A stretch of 64,000 bases of DNA from Candidatus Latescibacterota bacterium (GTDB lineage: Bacteria > Latescibacterota > UBA2968 > UBA8231): the NCBI GenBank assembly GCA_965197905.1, contig CBDAOB010000005.1, positions 1,536,001-1,600,000 on the forward strand. The letters run 5' to 3'. Numbering within the stretch: the first letter of the stretch is position 1; every line of letters starts with the position of its first letter. Made by a program: the position numbers and the translations under genes. Below the pieces are notes generated by a model. The model was not told the origin of the DNA and made no database searches. It worked only from the letters and a program-made list of their open reading frames with translations. Positions 39,437 to 49,525 of this stretch are shown piece by piece.

Positions 39437-40786
39437 TTGATCCAGGTAAGCGACGTTGAATGTGACAGTGTTGGTGAGGAGGCCGGATTCGCGGCGGGAG
39501 ACCGGATTCGCGCCATAAATGGTCACCCCATCGCCGACCTGATCGATTTTCGTGTCCACAGTGCGGACGCCCAGCTTACCATTGAAGTCGAGCGTAATGA
39601 CGAACTCTATGAGGTGGATATATCTCGGGTACCTGGCGTCTCGATGGGGCTCTCCTTTGATGAGATGCGGCTCCGCAAGTGCAACAACAAATGCGTCTTC
39701 TGTTTCATTCACCAGATGCCCGAAGGTATGCGCCCCAGTCTCTATTTCGAAGACGACGACTACCGGCTTTCCTTCCTGCACGGATCCTATGTCACGCTGA
39801 CTAATGTCAAAGAGTCTGATCTGCAGCGGATCGCGGAGCATCGTCTTTCGCCCCAGTACATCTCGGTCCATGCTACGAATCCGGAACTGCGGCAGCGGAT
39901 GCTGGGCCGGAAGCTTCCGGTAGATATCCTACAGCGCATCCGCTTCCTCGCCGAGCACGACATCGAGATGCACGCCCAGGTCGTCGTCTGTCCCGGCTGG
40001 AATGACGGCGACGACCTCAAACAGACGATGAGCGATCTATCAAGTTTTTATCCCGCGGTTCGTTCAATCGCGCTCGTTCCGGTGGGGTTAACGAAGTTTC
40101 GAGAAGGGCTTCCAGACCTCGATCCCGTTACGCCTGTGCTTGCCAGGCGATATGTGGAACAAACGTTTGCGTGGGGCGAGGGATATCGAAAAACCCACGG
40201 GGAACGCATCGTCTACGCCGCCGATGAGCTTTTCCTCACTAGTGATACTACCCTTCCCGCTGCCGAGTATTACGACGCGTTTCCACAGCTGGAGAATGGC
40301 ATTGGCATGACCAGGTCGTTCATCGACCGGTTCGCGATCGGCTGCTCCGCGCTCCCGCGTCAGTTTGAAAAGGACATTCGGATCGGGTTGGTTACGGGCT
40401 TGTTGGCGGCGCGGTTTATGCGAGGCATCGTCGAGCAGCTCAACGGGATTCAAGGTTTGGATGTTGAACTTCTACCAGTGGAGAACGCGTACTTCGGCAG
40501 CGATATTACGGTCTCCGGGCTTTTGACCGGTACCGACATGGTGGATCGGCTGCGGGGAGGGACCTGGGACCACGTGATCTTGCCTCCCAACTGCGTAAAT
40601 GGTGACGGTGTTACCCTCGACGACATGACCGTTGTCGCAATGAGCGAAGCTGTTAAAATCGACCTGTCCGTCGGCAGTTATGATATTGCAGGCGCGGTCG
40701 AGTCGTTGCTTCTCCCTCATCCGGTTAGCATCAAGGGAGAAGGGCGCCAGTTGGATGAGCTCGGATTTCAGATCGAGCGCCGATGA
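39437..40786 (+). CDS. PDZ-radical SAM-DUF512 protein (TIGR03279-like)
   Basis: CNNKCVFCF, DDDYRLSF, QLENGIG. Confidence 0.9.
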   Translation: MIQVSDVECDSVGEEAGFAAGDRIRAINGHPIADLIDFRVHSADAQLTIEVERNDELYEVDISRVPGVSMGLSFDEMRLRKCNNKCVFCFIHQMPEGMRPSLYFEDDDYRLSFLHGSYVTLTNVKESDLQRIAEHRLSPQYISVHATNPELRQRMLGRKLPVDILQRIRFLAEHDIEMHAQVVVCPGWNDGDDLKQTMSDLSSFYPAVRSIALVPVGLTKFREGLPDLDPVTPVLARRYVEQTFAWGEGYRKTHGERIVYAADELFLTSDTTLPAAEYYDAFPQLENGIGMTRSFIDRFAIGCSALPRQFEKDIRIGLVTGLLAARFMRGIVEQLNGIQGLDVELLPVENAYFGSDITVSGLLTGTDMVDRLRGGTWDHVILPPNCVNGDGVTLDDMTVVAMSEAVKIDLSVGSYDIAGAVESLLLPHPVSIKGEGRQLDELGFQIERR

Positions 40787-42126
40787 CTGAACCAAACACT
40801 CCGCAATCGATCCAACCAGCGGGCCCAATCGTGACAATCATAGGCCGTCCGAATGTGGGGAAGTCGACCCTGTTCAACCGTTTGATTAGACGGCGCACGG
40901 CGATAACCGACGATCGACCAGGCATTACTCGGGATCGCATCTACGCCGAAATAGAATGGGCGGGTCGTTCGTTCACCCTGGTTGATACCGGCGGTTACCT
41001 GCCAGAGACGGGAGACGTAATAGAAGCGGCGATTCGCGAGCAGGTGGAGGTGGCACTCCGTCAGTCCGACCTCATTCTGCTGCTTGTCGATGCCACGACC
41101 GGGATCACCGACTTGGATCAAAAGGTGGCACGGATCGTGCGTCGTCAGGAGGTTAGAGCGCTGGTGCTGGTCAACAAGGTGGACAATCCGTCGCTGGAAC
41201 CGGCGGTAGGCGAATTTTCGACGCTGGGTCTAGGAGAAGCGCATCCGGTGTCGGCCGCGACGGGGCGACGAACGGGGGATCTTCTCGACCTGGTGCTGGA
41301 ACGCATAGGGGAGCGCGTCGCCCCCACCGACGAAGAGGATGATCTGGTGCGGATCGCGGTTATCGGCCGCCCCAACGTGGGCAAGTCGACCTTCGTGAAT
41401 CGCCTTGGCGGCACACAGGTCTCGATCGTCCACGAACTACCGGGAACAACTCGGGATACGACCAGCATTCGCGTCGAGTGGAACGGCAGCAGGTTCGAAT
41501 TACTGGACACTGCCGGTCAACGGCGGCGCTCGCGGGTGGAAGATCCCGTCGAATATTACAGTACGTTGCGCTCGCAGGGCACCGTTGCCAGAGCGGATGC
41601 GGCCCTGCTGCTTCTCGATGCCGCGGAAGGCTGCACCTCGCAGGACGCGCGCATCATCAGTCAGGTGATCGAAGCGGGTTGCGCTATGGTGGTAGCCGTT
41701 AACAAATGGGACCTCATCGACGATGCCACCACGAAGGCGGCCGAATTCCGCGCCGATCTGCAACATAAATTTCCGTTTTTGCAACACTACCCGATCCTCT
41801 TTATCTCCGGTTTGACCGGGAAAAGGGTGTCTCGCTGTTTGGAGGCGATCGCCAAGGTGACAGATAGTCGCGGGCACCGGGTCTCGACCTCTCAATTGAA
41901 CCAGTTGTTCGACGCCATCAACCAACGGAATCCGCCGACCAGCGGCGGCAAGCAGATCAATCTGTTGTACGCTACCCAGCATGCAGTCCGACCGCCGACG
42001 TTCGTAATATTTACCAACCGGCCCGACCTCGTTTCCACTTCATATCGTCGGTTTGTGGAAAACAGATTGCGGGATAGATTCTGCTTCGAAGGGACACCGA
42101 TACGCACCATTTGGCGCAAGCGATGA
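40783..42126 (+). CDS. der: Ribosome biogenesis GTPase Der
   Basis: Two GRPNVGKST G-domains, DTGG/DTAG, C-terminal FEGTPI. Confidence 0.97.
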   Translation: MTEPNTPQSIQPAGPIVTIIGRPNVGKSTLFNRLIRRRTAITDDRPGITRDRIYAEIEWAGRSFTLVDTGGYLPETGDVIEAAIREQVEVALRQSDLILLLVDATTGITDLDQKVARIVRRQEVRALVLVNKVDNPSLEPAVGEFSTLGLGEAHPVSAATGRRTGDLLDLVLERIGERVAPTDEEDDLVRIAVIGRPNVGKSTFVNRLGGTQVSIVHELPGTTRDTTSIRVEWNGSRFELLDTAGQRRRSRVEDPVEYYSTLRSQGTVARADAALLLLDAAEGCTSQDARIISQVIEAGCAMVVAVNKWDLIDDATTKAAEFRADLQHKFPFLQHYPILFISGLTGKRVSRCLEAIAKVTDSRGHRVSTSQLNQLFDAINQRNPPTSGGKQINLLYATQHAVRPPTFVIFTNRPDLVSTSYRRFVENRLRDRFCFEGTPIRTIWRKR

Positions 42127-42163
42127 ACCTGTTACGGCGATCTCAAGAGACGGGGGACCAATC

Positions 42164-42658
42164 GTGAAAAGCCCCCTCAAAACCAAGCTGTACTACAGCA
42201 TTAGCGAGGTCTCACGGTTGACCGAGCTCCAGCCTTACACCTTGCGTGCTTGGGAGAAGGAGTTCAACTGCTTGAAACCGCGCCGAGCACGGGGCAAGAA
42301 TCGCGCCTATCGGGAGCGGGACATTGGAATCATTCTACTGATCAAACACCTCCTCCATCGCGAGCGTTATACCATAGCGGGCGTTCGGCAGAAGATCAAA
42401 ACCGAACCCGAACTGCTGCGACACGCATCCGACAACGTAGATTCGTGGCGCAGCGCCGCTCGCCATGGCACCGCGCCCGATCTGCCTTTGCTCACCGTTC
42501 CTGCCGCGGAAGAAACGGCCGAAGCGGGGGTGTCGACGACCGCAATGGCCCCCGCAGCCGGCCGAAGGGAGACCGGACGGACGCCAAACGAGGCCGATTT
42601 GAAAGCACTTCTGGAATCGACGCGAAACGAGCTGCGTTCCCTCCTCGAGAAGCTCTAA
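42164..42658 (+). CDS. MerR-family HTH regulator
   Basis: KLYYSISEV...LRAWEKEF..LKP...R.Y. Confidence 0.85.
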   Translation: MKSPLKTKLYYSISEVSRLTELQPYTLRAWEKEFNCLKPRRARGKNRAYRERDIGIILLIKHLLHRERYTIAGVRQKIKTEPELLRHASDNVDSWRSAARHGTAPDLPLLTVPAAEETAEAGVSTTAMAPAAGRRETGRTPNEADLKALLESTRNELRSLLEKL

Positions 42659-42748
42659 ATCCTTGGGCAAAAACAAATTAAAGCCGCCATTTAGGTGTGC
42701 GTGTAAATCAATCTTGCCCAATGCCCTATATTGCCATATTTTCTAGGG

Positions 42749-42773
42749 TTGTGGGCCCTCGCCCGCCTTTTTT
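42749..42773 (+). promoter_or_regulatory. rimP leader hairpin (NusA-dependent attenuator-like)
   Basis: GTGGGC-CCTC-GCCCGC then CTTTTTT just before rimP. Confidence 0.5.
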
Positions 42774-42778
42774 GTATT

Positions 42779-43252
42779 ATGGGTGATTCGGGATCGGATC
42801 GGTTCGATCAAACCGCCATAAAATCAAGACTTATCGCCGTCTTGGAACCGACGGTTAAGGCCCATGGCGCAGAGCTGGTTGATATCGAGCTCAAGGGACC
42901 GGTTCAAAACCAGACGTTGCGAGTACTGGTACATAAGGACTCCGGTTTGGGTGTCGACCACTGCCGAGACATTAGTTTGGAAGTCGGCGATATCCTGGAC
43001 GTCGAAGATCCGCTGCCCGGGCGGTATCGTCTCGAAGTAACTTCACCGGGCTTGTCACGACCCCTTACCTCGGATCGCGACTTCAGCAGGGCCCTTGAAC
43101 GAAATCTGAAGGTCGTGACGGATTCTGGGCACACTATCTTTGGGCGCTTGCTTCGGTTTGGCGAGGAGACAATCACATTGGCGGTAGAATCCGGACCGGG
43201 CGAGATTGTCCGTGCGGAGATAGCGAAAGCAACGATCGAAGCTGAGTTGTAA
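42779..43252 (+). CDS. rimP: Ribosome maturation factor RimP
   Basis: C...S......LDVED....Y.LEVTSPGL.RPL. Confidence 0.93.
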   Translation: MGDSGSDRFDQTAIKSRLIAVLEPTVKAHGAELVDIELKGPVQNQTLRVLVHKDSGLGVDHCRDISLEVGDILDVEDPLPGRYRLEVTSPGLSRPLTSDRDFSRALERNLKVVTDSGHTIFGRLLRFGEETITLAVESGPGEIVRAEIAKATIEAEL

Positions 43253-43283
43253 CGTTGAAACGCGAAGAGAAACCGATCCAGAT

Positions 43284-44771
43284 ATGAACAATTTTAATGT
43301 GGTCGAGGCTCTTGGTCAGATCGCAAGAGAGAAAAACGTCGATCGCGAGATGGTCGTGCAGACGCTGGCTGACGCTCTTGTTTCGGCCGCGAAGCGCCGT
43401 TATGGCGATACCGAGAACTACACAGCTGAGATCGATCCGACATCTGGTCAAATGGAGGTGGTAGCCCGCAAGATCGTCGTGGAGGAGGTAACCGAACCCA
43501 GCGCGGAGATATCTCTCGACGAGGCAAGGGTCCTGGAGTCAGGAGCTCAACTAGGCTCTGAGATCATCGAGCGTCTGGACTTTGCAGATTTCGGCCGCAA
43601 CGCCATCCAGACGGCAAAGCAGATCCTCATTCAGCGCGTTCGGGAAGCGGAACGGGAACAGATCTTCGAGGAGTTTCGGGGGCGGACGGGCCAAATTGAA
43701 TCCGGAATCGTACAGCAGATCAGCCGTGGCGATATCATACTGACCCTCGGCCGCGCCGAAGCGGCTATCCCTTTCAAGGAGCAGATCCGGCGAGAGCGGT
43801 ACCGGCAGGGTGACGCTATCCGCGGCTATATCTACGAGGTGTTGGCTTCCAGCCGCGGCCCTCAGGTGTTGTTGTCGCGCACCCACGGCGAATACCTTCG
43901 CAAGCTGTTCGCGATTGAGGTTCCGGAAATATCTGAAGGCATCGTCGATATTCACGCTGTGGCCAGAGAGCCTGGCGAGCGCGCCAAGATTGCCGTCAGT
44001 TCCCACGACGAACGGGTCGACCCGGTCGGCGCCTGTGTCGGGATCAAGGGTTCCAGGGTTCAAGCGATCGTACGCGAACTGAGCGGTGAACGTATCGACA
44101 TCGTCCCTTGGAGCGAGGAACCGGATGTCTTCATTGGCCGTGCTCTGAGTCCGGCCAACGTGTCGCGGGTGATCGTCGACAGCCGGAGGCATCATGCAAC
44201 GGTTATCGTTGACGAAGACCAGCTGTCCCTAGCTATTGGTCGTTCCGGTCAAAATTCCCGTCTGGCAGCTCACCTAACCGGCTGGGGATTGGACATCATT
44301 ACCGATGGGGAATACCAGAACCGCAGGCTCCAGATCGAGTTGAGCCAGCAACATTTGCGGAAGATGTTGGGGGTCAGCGAACTCATTGCGTTGAGCCTTG
44401 CGACCTCAGGATTCGTCTCGGTGGCGTCCATAGCCGAAGCTGAGGAGGCTCTCCTGAAAACGGTGCCCGGATTGGAGGAGGAGGGCGTCACCGCGACGTT
44501 GAAAGCCAAAGCGACCGTCTATGTCGACGAACATGGCTCCGACGAAGATTTGGTTGCAGTGCCCGAGCCGACGGAGGAAGAAGGGGCGGATCTTGGAGAC
44601 CCCTCTGCCACAACCGATTTGGAAACCTCAGACGCGACTGAGCCCGAACCCGCCGAAGCGGAGGAGACTGTTCAGGAGGCTGTTGGACAGGTGGGTATGC
44701 CGGTTGAGGGAGAGGATCCCGCATTGGGCGAAGAGGCGGCGGACGCAGCCGTCGATGAAAACGAGAATTAA
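43284..44771 (+). CDS. nusA: Transcription factor NusA
   Basis: FGRNAIQTAKQ, S1 and KH domains, AREPGER.K, LAIGRSGQN. Confidence 0.97.
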   Translation: MNNFNVVEALGQIAREKNVDREMVVQTLADALVSAAKRRYGDTENYTAEIDPTSGQMEVVARKIVVEEVTEPSAEISLDEARVLESGAQLGSEIIERLDFADFGRNAIQTAKQILIQRVREAEREQIFEEFRGRTGQIESGIVQQISRGDIILTLGRAEAAIPFKEQIRRERYRQGDAIRGYIYEVLASSRGPQVLLSRTHGEYLRKLFAIEVPEISEGIVDIHAVAREPGERAKIAVSSHDERVDPVGACVGIKGSRVQAIVRELSGERIDIVPWSEEPDVFIGRALSPANVSRVIVDSRRHHATVIVDEDQLSLAIGRSGQNSRLAAHLTGWGLDIITDGEYQNRRLQIELSQQHLRKMLGVSELIALSLATSGFVSVASIAEAEEALLKTVPGLEEEGVTATLKAKATVYVDEHGSDEDLVAVPEPTEEEGADLGDPSATTDLETSDATEPEPAEAEETVQEAVGQVGMPVEGEDPALGEEAADAAVDENEN

Positions 44772-44828
44772 CGGGTACTCCATGTCAGGACACAGTGTCA
44801 TCAGTTCCATCGCACGGGAGTAGACCTA

Positions 44829-47213
44829 GTGGAAAAACGCAGGGTATATCAGGTCGCCAAGGAACAGAAGCTCTCCAGTGATGCGTTGATTTCAATGCTC
44901 AAGGGGATGGGCCACGAGGTCAAGAGTCATATGAGCGTGGTCACCGAGGATATGCTACAGGCGATAACGCGCAAGATCGAGGAAGAAAAGCAGAACTCGA
45001 TTGAGGAAGTAAAACGACAGAAAGAGAAGGAAGAATCCCGCAAGAAGGAACAGGCGGAGGCCGCCGCTACTCGCAGACGGGAGGAAACGGAAACGGCCAA
45101 GGTGCAGAGCAAGCGCCCGGCGCGTAGCGGTGGGGCACGGGTTGGCATTTCCCGCGAATTCAGGACCGAGGTTCCGTTGCCGACCAAGGATGACGACGAT
45201 CGGCGCCGGAAACGCCGCGATCACAAGGATAGCGAACCGGCAGCGCCTCGGGAGCGCGCCGCGAGCCCTGGACCGCAGGGCGGCCCAGGGATGGCTGGCC
45301 GCGGTGGCCGCACTAAACGGCGCCGAACGGTCGATCGCAAGACAGCTCGGGAAAACATCCGGCAAACCCTGACGCAAATGAGTGAGGGGCGGACACGCAA
45401 GCGCTACGAGAGGGTTAGCAAAGAGGATGGGGAGAGTGGTCCGGAAGAGACGCCGCAGTTGACGATTAGCGAGTTTGTCACGGTCTCCGATCTCGCCGAA
45501 CAGATGGGCGTGAAATCGACCGATGTCATCGGCGCCTGTTTGCAACTGGGACTCATGGTAACGATTAACCAGCGTCTCGACATGGACACCATCGTAACGG
45601 TTGCCGACGAATTCGGTTTTGAGGTCGTGCCGATGGAAGCGGAGGAAGTTCAGGACTTCGAGGAGATCGCCGAGGAGCAAGAGGTCGGTGATCCACAGCC
45701 GCGCCCTCCGGTAGTAACCGTCATGGGGCATGTGGACCACGGCAAAACCTCACTTTTGGATCGCCTCAGAGATACGAATGTGGCCGAGGGGGAGTCGGGG
45801 GGGATCACTCAGCATATCGGAGCGTATGTGGTTCAGTTGGACGATGGTCGCCGCGTCACCTTCCTCGATACCCCAGGACATGCCGCGTTTACGGCGATGC
45901 GCGCGCGCGGAGCTCGCGTCACAGACATTGTTGTGCTGATCGTAGCCGCCGAGGACAGCGTAATGCCGCAGACGATAGAGGCGATCGATCATGCAAAGGC
46001 GGCTCAGGTGCCGATTGTTGTTGCAATTAACAAAGTGGACCTGCCGGGCAGCGATCCCGATCGCATCAAGCGGGAACTGTCCGAGCGTGATGTCCTCGTG
46101 GAAGAATGGGGTGGCAAGGTGCCGTGTGCTCAGATTTCAGCCAAAACTGGGGAGGGCATAAGCAATCTGCTCGAGTTGATCCTGCTGGAGGCCGACCTCC
46201 TGGAGCTGAAGGCAGTCCCGGACAAGAGGGCGCGGGGAACCATCGTCGAAGCGCAGTTGGACAAAGGACGCGGTCCCGTCGCGACGGTCCTGGTTAAAGA
46301 CGGAACTCTGCGCAAGGGCGATCCGTTTATTACCGGCGTTTTTAACGGCAGGGTTCGAGCGCTGCTGGACGAGGCCGGGCAAATAGTCCCGGAGGCCACG
46401 CCTTCCATTCCCGTTCAGGTGCTGGGCGTTACCGGCATTCCGCAGGCAGGGGACAGCTTCGTCGTCACCGCGGCGGAACGGGATGCCAGGGACTTGAGCC
46501 AAAAACGCCAGCAACTGAAACGAGAGCAGGAGTACAGGAACATTCGCGGTGTCTCGCTTAGCGACTTGCACTACCAGATTCAGCAAGGGGCGATCAAGGA
46601 TCTGAAGGTTATCGTAAAGGGGGATGTGGATGGGTCCGTGGAAGCGGTAACCCAGGAACTTGGCGGTATTACGCACGAAGAGGTCCGAGTTGCGGTCATA
46701 CACAGCAGCGTGGGTGCCATTTCGGAATCCGATGTCCTGCTGGCTTCCGCCTCGAGTGCAATAATCATTGGTTTCCGCGTTCAACCCGAGGCGTCGGCCA
46801 GGGAGATGGCTGAAAAGAACGGTGTGGAGATTCGGCACTATAAGGTCATCTACGAGGTGTTGGATGAGGTCAAAGCGGCACTTACAGGGCTGCTGGCCCC
46901 GTCGCTCGATGAACACGTGATAGGCAGCCTGCAGGTTCGTCAGATATTCAGTTCGTCCCGCATGGGCACGATTGCTGGTTGTATGGTTCAAAGCGGCAAG
47001 ATAACCCGAAACAACAGAGTGCGGGTTGTTCGGGACGAAGAAATCCTGTTCAAGGGTGGAATCTCATCCTTGCGCCGCTTCAAGGATGACGTGCGCGAGG
47101 TTCTGGAAGGGTTCGAATGTGGAGTGGGGGTCGAAGGGTTCGATGCCATCCAGGAGGGAGATGCAATCGAGGTAGTGGAAGTGGTTGAGACCGCGCGTAC
47201 GTTGGAGGAATAG
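44829..47213 (+). CDS. infB: Translation initiation factor IF-2
   Basis: [25 protein letters not shown]. Confidence 0.98.
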   Translation: MEKRRVYQVAKEQKLSSDALISMLKGMGHEVKSHMSVVTEDMLQAITRKIEEEKQNSIEEVKRQKEKEESRKKEQAEAAATRRREETETAKVQSKRPARSGGARVGISREFRTEVPLPTKDDDDRRRKRRDHKDSEPAAPRERAASPGPQGGPGMAGRGGRTKRRRTVDRKTARENIRQTLTQMSEGRTRKRYERVSKEDGESGPEETPQLTISEFVTVSDLAEQMGVKSTDVIGACLQLGLMVTINQRLDMDTIVTVADEFGFEVVPMEAEEVQDFEEIAEEQEVGDPQPRPPVVTVMGHVDHGKTSLLDRLRDTNVAEGESGGITQHIGAYVVQLDDGRRVTFLDTPGHAAFTAMRARGARVTDIVVLIVAAEDSVMPQTIEAIDHAKAAQVPIVVAINKVDLPGSDPDRIKRELSERDVLVEEWGGKVPCAQISAKTGEGISNLLELILLEADLLELKAVPDKRARGTIVEAQLDKGRGPVATVLVKDGTLRKGDPFITGVFNGRVRALLDEAGQIVPEATPSIPVQVLGVTGIPQAGDSFVVTAAERDARDLSQKRQQLKREQEYRNIRGVSLSDLHYQIQQGAIKDLKVIVKGDVDGSVEAVTQELGGITHEEVRVAVIHSSVGAISESDVLLASASSAIIIGFRVQPEASAREMAEKNGVEIRHYKVIYEVLDEVKAALTGLLAPSLDEHVIGSLQVRQIFSSSRMGTIAGCMVQSGKITRNNRVRVVRDEEILFKGGISSLRRFKDDVREVLEGFECGVGVEGFDAIQEGDAIEVVEVVETARTLEE

Positions 47214-47228
47214 AACGGGTCTTCGAGG

Positions 47229-47510
47229 TTGATCGTTTTTGTTTGCGAAGTGCAGCTCTTCCTGCCTGAAAGTTCATCCCTGAAAGACAAGCGTGGAGTA
47301 ATCAAGAGTCTGAAGGAACGGATTCACAATCGGTTTAATGTCTCGGTATCCGAGGTTGCCCACAACGATCTGTGGCAACGCAGTACCCTGGGTATGGCCG
47401 TAGTAAGCACGGCGGCGCAGCATGCCAACCAGGTGTTGTCCAAGACGGTAGATTTCATCGAGCAGGATAGACGCGTCGAGCTGCTCGACTATTCCATAGA
47501 ATCCTGGTGA
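47229..47510 (+). CDS. DUF503 (YlxP-like) protein
   Basis: SLKDKR, FNVSVSEV...DLWQ. Confidence 0.9.
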   Translation: MIVFVCEVQLFLPESSSLKDKRGVIKSLKERIHNRFNVSVSEVAHNDLWQRSTLGMAVVSTAAQHANQVLSKTVDFIEQDRRVELLDYSIESW

Positions 47511-47517
47511 GCCCCTC

Positions 47518-47877
47518 ATGGCGTCTCAACATCGCGTCAATCGGGTGCGCCACTTGCTGCATAGAGAGCTCAGCGCCATCGTCATGCAGCTCAAGGATCC
47601 GCGTACGCAAATGGTGACCGTGGTGGATGCGGAAATCAGCCGAGATCTCCGCACCGCAAAGATGTTCGTCAGTCTGGTGGGTAGCGATGAGGAACGAAAA
47701 GAGGCCATGGCGGCCTTGAAAAATGCTTTGGGATTCATCAGAAAAGAGATCGCAAAACGGGTGCAGTTGAGATACGCGCCCACAATAGACGTGGCGTACG
47801 ACGACACCGCAGAACGAGCCGCCCACATTACGGCATTGCTGGACAGTCTGGCGATAGATGGGGATGGAGCTAAATAA
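47518..47877 (+). CDS. rbfA: Ribosome-binding factor A
   Basis: DPR, S.DL..AK, LRYAP...YD; operon context. Confidence 0.92.
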   Translation: MASQHRVNRVRHLLHRELSAIVMQLKDPRTQMVTVVDAEISRDLRTAKMFVSLVGSDEERKEAMAALKNALGFIRKEIAKRVQLRYAPTIDVAYDDTAERAAHITALLDSLAIDGDGAK

Positions 47878-48781
47878 CAGGACCGGCATCCTTGTCGTTG
47901 ACAAGGAGAGCGGTCCAACCTCGCACGACGTGGTGGCCAGGGTAAGGCGGATACTAGGTGAGCGCCGGGTCGGACATTGCGGCACGTTGGATCCACTGGC
48001 GACCGGGGTTCTGGTAACTTGCACGGGTCGATTTACGAGATTAAACGAGTGGCTTAGCGCAGGCGACAAGGAGTATCACGCCGAACTGAAGCTCGGAGCT
48101 GTCAGCGACACCTTCGATGCGCAAGGCAGGATCGAGACGATAGAGGGTGCAGCCGCTCCTAGCTCCGATCTCGTTGAGCGAGGCTTGGATCGTTTCCGGG
48201 GCACGATTATGCAGCGACCACCGGCCTACTCGGCAGTGAAGATCGATGGAAAGCGCAGTTACGCGCTTGCCCGCCAGAACAAGGCCGTGCCGCTGCCAGC
48301 GAGACCGGTTACTGTTTCAGAGTTGACCTTATCATCCTACGAATATCCCAGGCTGGTTCTGCGAATGGTGTGTTCACGTGGAACGTATGTTCGCAGCATC
48401 GCACACGATCTTGGTGAGCTGTTAGGATGTGGCGCCTATGTGAGTAGATTGAGGCGCACAAGAGTGGGTTGTTTGGACATGACGATGGCGCGGTCGCTCA
48501 CTGAAATCGAAAAGGCCGTTGCCATCGGCGAGCTCGAGGCGTGTTTTGTGCCACCGCATCTCGCTTTGAGTGGCCTGGATCAGGTTTCTCTGCAACATTC
48601 ACAGCTGGACTCGTTTTCGCACGGCAACGCCGTTCCGTTCGCTGGCTCGGGAAGAGATACTGCCGAGGTCTGCGCCGTTTTTGACGACAAGCGAGACCTG
48701 TTCGGCATTGGTGAGTGGCAGGGGAAGGGGCGGTTGCTGCAACCAGTGCGAGTTCTGCGGGAGCCGGCGTATGCCAACTGA
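47864..48781 (+). CDS. truB: tRNA pseudouridine(55) synthase
   Basis: TSHDVV, GHCGTLDPLATG, PPAYSAVK, GTYVRS. Confidence 0.96.
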   Translation: MELNNRTGILVVDKESGPTSHDVVARVRRILGERRVGHCGTLDPLATGVLVTCTGRFTRLNEWLSAGDKEYHAELKLGAVSDTFDAQGRIETIEGAAAPSSDLVERGLDRFRGTIMQRPPAYSAVKIDGKRSYALARQNKAVPLPARPVTVSELTLSSYEYPRLVLRMVCSRGTYVRSIAHDLGELLGCGAYVSRLRRTRVGCLDMTMARSLTEIEKAVAIGELEACFVPPHLALSGLDQVSLQHSQLDSFSHGNAVPFAGSGRDTAEVCAVFDDKRDLFGIGEWQGKGRLLQPVRVLREPAYAN

Positions 48782-49238
48782 GCTTGGTCGGGGTGCCGGC
48801 GTTGCTTGCAAGTCGTTGCATGGGTCAATCATCAGTGGCACCGTCGGCGCCGGATCTGCAAGAGGGAAGAGCTTGGGATTTCCCACCGCCAATCTGCAGA
48901 TTGATGGTGATACAGCTGTCGATGTGGCGCCCGGTGTTTATGCTGCTTGGGTGGAGTGGGAGGACGGTCCTCGATATGCGGCCGTCGTGAACGTCGGTTG
49001 TCGGCCTACCTTCGGCGAGGGGGTGATTACGTTCGAGGTGCACGTGCTGGATTTTACGGGTGATCTCTATGGGAAGGATCTCGATGTGACGCTGGCGGTG
49101 AGGATTAGAGATGAAGCGCGATTCGAAGGTGTGGGAGCGCTTGTCACTCAGATCGGCAGGGACATAGAGCAGGCCCGAAATTGGTTTGCCAAAAAACGAA
49201 GTTCACTAATTAGTGGAGGAAATGACAGTGTCGATTAG
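48771..49238 (+). CDS. Stand-alone riboflavin kinase (RibF C-terminal domain only)
   Basis: LGFPTAN, GVYA, G.RPTF, EVH..DF.GDLYG. Confidence 0.88.
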   Translation: MPTELGRGAGVACKSLHGSIISGTVGAGSARGKSLGFPTANLQIDGDTAVDVAPGVYAAWVEWEDGPRYAAVVNVGCRPTFGEGVITFEVHVLDFTGDLYGKDLDVTLAVRIRDEARFEGVGALVTQIGRDIEQARNWFAKKRSSLISGGNDSVD

Positions 49239-49497
49239 TGCTGAGAAAACGAGGGAGTTGGTCGGGAAGTACGGGACCAATGAAAAGGATACCGGTTCGG
49301 CGGCGGCGCAGATAGCTATTCTAACCGAGCGCATTGCGAACCTGACCAAACACCTGCAGAGTCACGAGAAAGATTTTGGAACGCGGCGCGGATTGCTGAA
49401 ATTGATCGGCAAACGTCGACGTCTACAATCCTACTATCAACAACAGCACCCTGCGGACTATGCCGAATTGATCAATAGTTTAGGTTTGCGGCGATGA
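49228..49497 (+). CDS. rpsO: 30S ribosomal protein S15
   Basis: DTGS...QIAILT.RI..L..H, RRGLL, LGLRR. Confidence 0.97.
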   Translation: MSISAEKTRELVGKYGTNEKDTGSAAAQIAILTERIANLTKHLQSHEKDFGTRRGLLKLIGKRRRLQSYYQQQHPADYAELINSLGLRR

Positions 49498-49525
49498 AAC
49501 CGTTTGCGGAGACAAAAGGAGAATA

